From positions 1 to 12,534 of the forward strand of contig JBGQMB010000026.1 in NCBI GenBank assembly GCA_041500405.1: a stretch of 12,534 nt of DNA, read 5' to 3'. The notes beneath the pieces were generated by a model that saw nothing but the letters and a program-made list of their open reading frames with translations, was not told the origin of the DNA and ran no database searches. Made by a program: the position numbers and the translations under genes. This stretch comes from Candidatus Micrarchaeia archaeon. GTDB lineage: Archaea; Micrarchaeota; Micrarchaeia; Anstonellales; J096. This document shows positions 6,712 to 12,534 of the stretch, piece by piece; within the stretch, counting starts at the first letter, position 1; each line of letters opens with the position of its first letter.

Positions 6712-8613
6712 ATGGAAAATTCTATGAAAATTGTTGTTATAGCCGTGTTAGTGCTGGCAGCCATTGCCGGAATCCTCTATTTTGGCGGGTATTTTGGCGC
6801 GCCTGAAACAGCAACAAACATAACCAATGGAACAGCATGCAACGCCCCGTACATAGTTTCCGGCGCAGGCTGCTGCCTTGACCAAAACTCCAATAGCATC
6901 TGCGACGCAAACGAAACAATCCAAAACCAGACCGGCACCAATGAAACGGCAAACATAACCGCAAACCAGACCGCTTCGAACGCAACGGTCTTCCAAAACC
7001 AGACCGGCGCCAACGGAACAATAATTGCAAATGCAACAGCCTCAGGCAACAGAAGCCGCATAACCCACCAGCCCCTGATAAAATGCACGAAACCGTACAT
7101 CAAGTCAGGCAAGGTATGCTGCCTTGACCTGAGCAATGACTCGGTCTGCGACGAAAACGAAAAGTGCGAAAGCCCGGCTATCCTTTACAACGGCGTCTGC
7201 TGCCTGGACACGAACAATGACCAAGTCTGCGACACGCCCTGCGATACGCCGAATATCATTTCCAACGGCATTTGCTGCCCAGACTTGAACAACGACTCGG
7301 CCTGCGACGCAAACGCAACGTGCGAAGCCCCGTTCATCATTTCCAACGGAACCTGCTGCCTTGACCAAAACAATGACTCCGTCTGCGACACGCCCTGCGA
7401 TACGCCGAACATTTATTTCAACGGAACCTGTTGTCTGGACTTGAACAACGACAGTGTTTGCGACATAAACGCAACATGTGAAAGACCAAACATACTTTTC
7501 AACGGGACCTGTTGTCTGGACTTGAACAACGACAGTGTTTGCGACATAAACGCAACATGTGAAAGACCAAACATACTTTTCAACGGGACCTGTTGTCTGG
7601 ACGTGAACAACGACTCAAGGTGCGACACGAATCTAACGTGCGAAAAGCCGAACATACTTTTCAACGGCACCTGCTGCAAAGATTTGAACAACGACTCACG
7701 ATGCGACATGAATGTCACGTCCAACGCCACGTTCGTTGACGTCCACGCGCATATAACGCCGGACAACATGCCGCTGGACGATGTGCTAAAGCTCATGAAG
7801 ATGGAAGGCATTGACAAGATGGTGATAATGGAGCCGCCTGCGACAGGGTCGGATGATGCATCGGAAGAATACGGCATACCCGAGGCAAGCGAGGAATACC
7901 CCGACAATTTCATATCGCTCTACGGGGGGGAGGCAAAGGCAATGCTCGAATCCGAGGCGGACTCGAAGGACATTTCGGAGGAGGATTCACATGCATTCGG
8001 AAAGCTTCTTGAGGACGCGATGGAAACAAAGAAATACAGGGGCTTCGGGGAGATTGGGCTCAGGCACTTCGGCCACGGAGATAACGAAGAGGGATACGAC
8101 CTGACAATACCCTGCGACCATCCCCTGATGCTCATAATGAGCGACATTGCGGCAAAGTACAAGGTTCCGATAGACGTGCACATGGAGGCAACGGACGAAA
8201 CGATAGCAGGCCTTGCCAAGCTTCTTGATTACAACGAAAACACGACAATCATCTGGGACCACGCAGGATGGTCGAACACAGGGAAGGCCACGCCGGAAGT
8301 GCTTGGAAAGCTGATGAAGGATCATCCGAACCTTTATTCCAGCATAAAGCTAAGGAAGCCGGAGACCGAGGAGATGGCTGCGGTAAGCATACTGGACCAA
8401 AACGGGACAATAAAGAAGGATTGGCTGAAGCTGTTCACGGACTATCCGGACAGGTTCATGATAGGCACGGACATCAAGTTCGGATTCGGCGATGATTCAA
8501 ACAACACGCAATTAATCGAGATGCACAGGGACTTCCTGGGCCAGCTGCCGCAGGAGATAGCCAAGAAGATAGGCACGGAAAACGGAGGAGCGGTCTTCGG
8601 GAAGAAGAAATAG
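6712..8613 (+). CDS. Membrane-anchored surface protein: nine Cys-rich repeats plus a C-terminal metal-dependent amidohydrolase (TIM barrel) domain
   Basis: N-terminal TM/signal anchor. Repeats CxxPxIxxxxxCCxDxxxxxxCD. Amidohydrolase motifs FVDVHAHI, GFGEI, DVHME, WDHAG and IGTD. Start ATG 6712 or 6724. Confidence 0.88.
   Translation: MENSMKIVVIAVLVLAAIAGILYFGGYFGAPETATNITNGTACNAPYIVSGAGCCLDQNSNSICDANETIQNQTGTNETANITANQTASNATVFQNQTGANGTIIANATASGNRSRITHQPLIKCTKPYIKSGKVCCLDLSNDSVCDENEKCESPAILYNGVCCLDTNNDQVCDTPCDTPNIISNGICCPDLNNDSACDANATCEAPFIISNGTCCLDQNNDSVCDTPCDTPNIYFNGTCCLDLNNDSVCDINATCERPNILFNGTCCLDLNNDSVCDINATCERPNILFNGTCCLDVNNDSRCDTNLTCEKPNILFNGTCCKDLNNDSRCDMNVTSNATFVDVHAHITPDNMPLDDVLKLMKMEGIDKMVIMEPPATGSDDASEEYGIPEASEEYPDNFISLYGGEAKAMLESEADSKDISEEDSHAFGKLLEDAMETKKYRGFGEIGLRHFGHGDNEEGYDLTIPCDHPLMLIMSDIAAKYKVPIDVHMEATDETIAGLAKLLDYNENTTIIWDHAGWSNTGKATPEVLGKLMKDHPNLYSSIKLRKPETEEMAAVSILDQNGTIKKDWLKLFTDYPDRFMIGTDIKFGFGDDSNNTQLIEMHRDFLGQLPQEIAKKIGTENGGAVFGKKK
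7084..7719 (+). repeat. Intragenic tandem array of eight 75-81-bp Cys-rich coding repeats (a ninth, isolated copy starts at 6838)
   Basis: Perfect 81-bp period over 7426-7602. A 29-bp identity between 7225-7253 and 7381-7409 marks a 156-bp dimer period. Confidence 0.93.
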
Positions 8614-8631
8614 GACCGCAGCGCCTAAACG

Positions 8632-8670
8632 CTTTCTTTTTCCACAAGTGCTTTCTTTCGCAAAAGAAAG
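8632..8670. terminator. Putative terminator between convergent genes: T-tract and 8-bp hairpin
   Basis: T-rich run at about 8632-8641 and a perfect inverted repeat CTTTCTTT-CGCA-AAAGAAAG at 8651-8670. Confidence 0.5.
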
Positions 8671-8676
8671 GACTTT

Positions 8677-8762
8677 TGCAGGGAGTGGGATTTGAACCCA
8701 CGAACCCCAATGGAGACTAGGCCCTCAACCTAGCGCCTTTGACCATGCTTGGCGATCCCTGC
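8677..8762 (-). tRNA. tRNA-Leu: tRNA-Leu(GAG), no intron, CCA not encoded
   Basis: Acceptor GCAGGGA/TCCCTGC with discriminator A, anticodon arm CTAGG-TTGAGGG-CCTAG, long variable arm, T arm GTGGG-TTCAAAT-CCCAC. Confidence 0.97.
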
Positions 8763-8796
8763 CTAACAACATATAATTGGGAGAACAATTAAAAAA

Positions 8797-9372
8797 TCAT
8801 TTGGCTTCCTTGATTGCCTCGTGGAGCGCCTTGAAGTCCGCGTCCATCTTCTTCAATGCGCGCCTTATCAGCTCGGGCGTCTCCATGTGCTGCATGTTCT
8901 CGGCCCAGAAGTGAACAGTCCCCTTCTCGTCGACCTCGTATGACGCTATTCCGGACTGGAACTTCGCGTGCTCCCTTCCGACAGCCTTCCTTGCCTTGCA
9001 CTCTATCCTCAGGACCTGCCCCTCGAGGAGCCTTATTATGGGTATGTCGTCAATCGCGACCTTTACCGCCTCGCTGTTGCTCTTTACATCCTTGGAATAC
9101 ACTGTCCCGGGCCCCGCAACGTCGAGGTAGAACCCTATCTTCTCCGGGTCTATGTCCGCTTCCGGCGTGGTCAATGGAACCATGCCTATCCTGTGCGCGA
9201 TATACTCGTCGAAAAAGGACGTTGAGTTCTCGTAGACAACAATCTTGTCCACGGCATAGACCGGAACGCCGTTTATGAGGTATCTCCTCAGCATGTTCGC
9301 AAGCTTAACGTCGCCGTCCGCTATGTCAAAAGAGACCTTTCCTTTTTTCTCGGAATAGTTCGCGATTTTCAC
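8797..9372 (-). CDS. rpoD: DNA-directed RNA polymerase subunit D (Rpo3), short form
   Basis: LANMLRRYLINGVP, ENSTSFFDEYIAHRIGMVPL, GPGTVYSKD, GREHAKFQ. GTG start; follows rps11. Confidence 0.95.
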   Translation of the reverse strand: MKIANYSEKKGKVSFDIADGDVKLANMLRRYLINGVPVYAVDKIVVYENSTSFFDEYIAHRIGMVPLTTPEADIDPEKIGFYLDVAGPGTVYSKDVKSNSEAVKVAIDDIPIIRLLEGQVLRIECKARKAVGREHAKFQSGIASYEVDEKGTVHFWAENMQHMETPELIRRALKKMDADFKALHEAIKEAK

Positions 9373-9376
9373 GTAA

Positions 9377-9766
9377 TCACACCCTTCTCCCCCTTCTCCC
9401 GCCCTTCTTCCTCATGGAATCGGTCGGAAGCGGAGTAACGTCCTCAATCCTCTTTATAATCAATCCTGAACGCGAAATCATCCTGATCGCGGCCTGCGCG
9501 CCGGAGCCCGGCGACTTTGCCTTGTTACCGCCCTGCCCGCGTATCCTTATGATGACATTGGAAATTCCCTTTTCCTTCAGGTCCCCGGATATCTTCTGCG
9601 CGGCCCTCATTGCGGCGTACGGCCTTCCCTCTTCCCTTGCGGAGTCAACCATCATGCCGCCGGAAGCCCAGGTCAATGTCTCAGACCCGCTCACGTCCGT
9701 TGACGTTATTATCGTGTCGTTCTTTGACGAGTAAATGTAGATTATCGCGGCCCTGTTAGTGCTCAT
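9377..9766 (-). CDS. rps11: 30S ribosomal protein S11 (uS11)
   Basis: [47 protein letters not shown] overlap with rps4. Confidence 0.97.
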   Translation of the reverse strand: MSTNRAAIIYIYSSKNDTIITSTDVSGSETLTWASGGMMVDSAREEGRPYAAMRAAQKISGDLKEKGISNVIIRIRGQGGNKAKSPGSGAQAAIRMISRSGLIIKRIEDVTPLPTDSMRKKGGRRGRRV

Positions 9767-10347
9767 TTCGCTTCACCCTCTTTCTTCGGCGCTTCGGCTG
9801 CCGGCGCGGCTGCGGGCGCTTCTGCCTGCGCTTCGGCCGGCTTCGGCTCCACCTTCTCCGGAACCGAAATGTCTATTGTCTTGTAGTATGCAATCCCGCC
9901 CTCGGCTGCGCGCGTAACCGTCGTTCCAGGGGAAGTCATCCTCCTTCCGTTCACTGAAATGTATCCGTGCGTTATGAGCTGCCTTGCCTGCACTGCGGTC
10001 CTTGCCATTCCCTTCCTGAACACGATTGTCTGGAGCCTCCTTTCAAGGAAGTTCCTCACTGTAAGGGACAGAACATTGTCTATCGTAGACTCGGTTCCAA
10101 GAATGCCGAGCCTGTTGAGCTTGCTGAGGACAACGGCGGCGCCCTTTTTTCTTTCCTCCTCGGAAAGGGCCAAAAGCTCCCTTGCCTCGTGCCTGACTCT
10201 CCTAAGCTCTGACTGCGCAATCCAAAGCTCGCGCGTGTTCTTAAGCCCGTACTCCCTTTTCAGCTTGCCCTCCTCGATAACCCTTGTCTTGTCGAGCAGC
10301 TTCTTGGGCTTCTTGTACTTCTTTTTTATCTTCCTTGGGTCTCCCAT
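9763..10347 (-). CDS. rps4: 30S ribosomal protein S4 (uS4)
   Basis: [49 protein letters not shown]. Confidence 0.97.
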   Translation of the reverse strand: MGDPRKIKKKYKKPKKLLDKTRVIEEGKLKREYGLKNTRELWIAQSELRRVRHEARELLALSEEERKKGAAVVLSKLNRLGILGTESTIDNVLSLTVRNFLERRLQTIVFRKGMARTAVQARQLITHGYISVNGRRMTSPGTTVTRAAEGGIAYYKTIDISVPEKVEPKPAEAQAEAPAAAPAAEAPKKEGEAK

Positions 10348-10359
10348 AAACGTTCACCG

Positions 10360-11073
10360 TCATTTCTTCTCCGCAGGCTTCTTCTCGGCTGCTGCCGGAG
10401 CCGCTGCAGGCGCTGCTGCCGGGGCTGCCGCAGCTGCGGCAGTCTTTCTTCCGGATCCCCTTCTGCCGCCTTCCTCTCCAGCCATCTCGCCCGGCTTGAG
10501 CTTTTCCCTCATGACGCCCATTGTCAGCCCTTTCCTGCCGGTGTTCCTGGTTCTCTGGCCCCTGACCTTCTTGCCCTTCAGGAACCTGAATCCCTGCCAT
10601 GTCCTGTTCTTTTTCTTTCCCTCGACGTCCTGCCTCAATGCGAACGCAAGGTCGTTCATTATCACTTGTTTGGTTTCGCCCGTTAACGGGTCGTGCCTGT
10701 TGAGCAAAAACTGCGGCAAGTCATCCGACGTTATACCGAAAAGCACCTTGTCGATGCTTTGTATCTGCGTGTCCGAGAGGTCTCCTATCTGGACCTCGGG
10801 GCTTATGCCGAGCTTTTTATGAATAAGATCCACAACTGCGTTCCTGAGGGAGTGGCCTATGCCCCTTATCCTCAGCAAAGCGTTCTCCAGCTTCGTGTCG
10901 CCGCCCATGTCCTTTCCGGCAATCCTGATGATTCCCTTCTTCGTGCCGCCCCTTATCTCGTGCTTCGGGGCCTCCTTGTGCTGCTCCTTCTTCTGGGGCT
11001 TCTGCTCCTTTGCCTCTGCTTGGGCTTCCTTCTTGTTAGCATGTTCCTCGGTTTTCTTCTCCTTTGACGCCAT
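10360..11073 (-). CDS. rps13: 30S ribosomal protein S13 (uS13) with N- and C-terminal extensions
   Basis: IIRIAGKD, IRGIG, FLLNR, WQGFRFLKGKKVRGQRTRNTGRKG. GGTGA SD before ATG 11073. Confidence 0.96.
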   Translation of the reverse strand: MASKEKKTEEHANKKEAQAEAKEQKPQKKEQHKEAPKHEIRGGTKKGIIRIAGKDMGGDTKLENALLRIRGIGHSLRNAVVDLIHKKLGISPEVQIGDLSDTQIQSIDKVLFGITSDDLPQFLLNRHDPLTGETKQVIMNDLAFALRQDVEGKKKNRTWQGFRFLKGKKVRGQRTRNTGRKGLTMGVMREKLKPGEMAGEEGGRRGSGRKTAAAAAAPAAAPAAAPAAAEKKPAEKK

Positions 11074-11094
11074 TCAATCACCATTGTCTTTGAA

Positions 11095-11209
11095 CGCCGG
11101 GGATGGGAGTTTCAGCTAATGGCTATGCGCCAATAACGTTTGAACCCATGAGCCCTTGCGGGCATACGCTTTCCAGGCGTACGCGTTAACCAGGTTCCGC
11201 CACCCCGGC
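11095..11209 (-). tRNA. tRNA-Ser: tRNA-Ser(GGA) with a 30-nt intron at non-canonical position 59/60
   Basis: Acceptor GCCGGGG/CCCCGGC with discriminator G, anticodon arm TACGC-CTGGAAA-GCGTA, variable arm GCCC-GCAA-GGGC. T arm ATGGG-TTCAAA^T-CCCAT is restored by removing 11109-11138. Confidence 0.95.
11109..11138 (-). other. tRNA intron with strict bulge-helix-bulge motif
   Basis: Central helix UUCA/UGAA, 3-nt bulges AA^C and AC^U, flanking helices GGG/CCC and GUUA/UAGC. Confidence 0.92.
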
Positions 11210-11229
11210 GAGATTATCTTTATTGTGGG

Positions 11230-11247
11230 CAACGTTTAAAAACGTTG
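11230..11247 (-). promoter_or_regulatory. TATA box (TTTTTAAA, 11242-11235) of the tRNA-Ser/rps13 operon, embedded in an 18-bp palindrome
   Basis: TATA 26-33 bp upstream of the tRNA 5' end, inside CAACGTTT-AA-AAACGTTG. Confidence 0.65.
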
Positions 11248-11345
11248 ACCGGTATCCTAACGCTTCGGGCTCTTTGTGGCGCCGAAAGCTTTTTAATGGG
11301 GCTGGGCATCCCTTTCCGTCAGGGCTTTCAGCGGCGCGCGGATGG

Positions 11346-12509
11346 TCACGGCCAATATAAAACAGTATACTTTTTCCCATCTGCCTCAGACGCCTTTTTC
11401 ATTCCCAGCCGAAAATAGGCATCGGCGCGGTTGCCATAATAAACCCAATTCTTCGGCTCCAATTTTATAGCCTTAGTAAAATCCTTGACTGCCAGCCACA
11501 GTTTGCCACGGTCATTAGGTACATTTCCAAGGTTATGGTAAGAAATCCCCCGCAGGTTATACAACTCCGCGACAAGCGAGTCTGCTTCTATTGCCTTGCT
11601 ATAGTCCTTGAGCGCCAGCCGGGTTTCACCTAGATCCTCATAAGCGTCCCCGCGCAGACGGCAACAAGTCGCGCATTTAGGGTTCAGTTCTACGGCCTTA
11701 TTGAAGTCCCTGATTGCCCGCCACAATCTGCCCCGATTATAATATGAAAGCCCCCGGCAATTATAGGCAATAGATTGGATCTTTTCAGGGTCGGAAGTTA
11801 TGGTTTCTATGACTTGGTAATGCTCGTGAACCTTTTCCAGGGGGTAATGCCCCCCCAGAATTGTCTCAAAAAAGAAATTCTGCGTCTTGACAAGCTGGTG
11901 CTTCCAAACAAAAACTATCTCCATGTTTATATGAAGCTCTCTTGCCACATCAAATACGAGAAAACTGGAAGTGGTGCAGTTAAACTTCCCGGTACAGAGC
12001 GATTCGGACATGTATCCATTCTTATTGCGGCCCTTATGGTTTGTGAAGTGCATTATGTTTTCTATGCCGGTTATGAACTTTTCCTCATCCATTTGGGATT
12101 TTCTCCCCAGCAGGTCCAGAAGGCCGTCCAATGCATCGGCAAGAGGGCGAGAAAGACGGTTCCATGGAAAGCCCCTGTATTCGTGTTTCAGGACATCCGA
12201 GACGTCAGAAACAAGCTCGTTGTATTTCCGCCCATAAGCGTCTGCCTGTCGGGGGGCATTCTCCAGTTCGATTTTGATTCTTCTGCTTCCGGCAGTTTCC
12301 CTGGCAATGGCGGAGTATTTGGTGGGCACTTTCGTAAGCAAGGAGTCTATCCAAGGCGCTGTCTTTACCGTGACGCTGTCGGCCGTTGCCTTTTCAATCA
12401 TCGTTTTCTCTGCCAGCGGCTGCGCAGTTATCCTTGGTTTTTTGTCGCAAGCCGGGCTGATTGCCAGCATTGCCGCAAGCGCCGCTCCGGCAACAAGCAT
12501 CCTTCCCAT
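11346..12509 (-). CDS. Secreted/lipoprotein-like protein with transglutaminase-like (Cys-His-acid) domain and about four C-terminal TPR repeats
   Basis: Hydrophobic signal ending ISPAC. Core GKFNCTTSSFL...ELHI...WKHQLV...FFET. TPRs such as AYNCRGLSYYNRG...AIRDFNKAVELNP. In-frame stop two codons upstream of ATG 12509. Confidence 0.82.
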   Translation of the reverse strand: MGRMLVAGAALAAMLAISPACDKKPRITAQPLAEKTMIEKATADSVTVKTAPWIDSLLTKVPTKYSAIARETAGSRRIKIELENAPRQADAYGRKYNELVSDVSDVLKHEYRGFPWNRLSRPLADALDGLLDLLGRKSQMDEEKFITGIENIMHFTNHKGRNKNGYMSESLCTGKFNCTTSSFLVFDVARELHINMEIVFVWKHQLVKTQNFFFETILGGHYPLEKVHEHYQVIETITSDPEKIQSIAYNCRGLSYYNRGRLWRAIRDFNKAVELNPKCATCCRLRGDAYEDLGETRLALKDYSKAIEADSLVAELYNLRGISYHNLGNVPNDRGKLWLAVKDFTKAIKLEPKNWVYYGNRADAYFRLGMKKASEADGKKYTVLYWP

Positions 12510-12534
12510 GTTTCAGATTATGTACAAATGAGTA

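Noticed and set aside
7426..7602. 81-bp repeats as a CRISPR array or DGR template/variable pair
   Set aside because: Contiguous in-frame coding repeats without unique spacers, no adenine-specific mismatch pattern, and no cas or reverse transcriptase gene in the window.
8474..8710. 78-aa minus-strand ORF beginning MGFVGSNPTPC
   Set aside because: Translation of the tRNA-Leu T arm plus antisense of the amidohydrolase gene.
9959..10822. 287-aa plus-strand ORF
   Set aside because: Antisense to rps4 and rps13.
11109..11138. Insertion interpreted as a tRNA pseudogene or integration scar
   Set aside because: A strict BHB motif is present and precise removal restores a canonical TTCAAAT loop, so it is best read as a spliceable intron.
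11346..11780. TPR divergence as diversity-generating-retroelement mutagenesis
   Set aside because: No template repeat or reverse transcriptase in the window, and the changes are not limited to adenine positions.

Overview
Archaeal chromosome segment, probably DPANN/Micrarchaeota-like. The taxon is inferred from GGTGA Shine-Dalgarno motifs, TATA boxes, a short RpoD, a T-loop tRNA intron and Cys-rich surface repeats. The right half is core: a transglutaminase-like/TPR secreted protein, tRNA-Ser(GGA) with a 30-nt BHB intron at non-canonical position 59/60, rps13-rps4-rps11-rpoD and tRNA-Leu(GAG). The middle holds a membrane-anchored protein with nine Cys-rich repeats fused to an amidohydrolase. 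Divergent from it are a wHTH regulator, a small membrane protein and a MacB/LolD-type ABC system (ATPase, COG1361-like S-layer-domain protein, permease). The most striking signal is at the left: the last 64 bp of the permease gene are duplicated exactly (378-441 = 2161-2224). The two copies flank a 1.72-kb, lower-GC, integrase-less two-gene cassette (SocA/Panacea-like domain fused to DUF488, plus a partner protein), an attL/attR geometry within a protein-coding gene. Just beyond the displaced copy begins a very AT-rich PD-(D/E)xK-like nuclease gene missed by the ORF track, suggesting a hotspot or tandem array for defence cassettes. All family assignments come from motif recognition by eye, not database searches.
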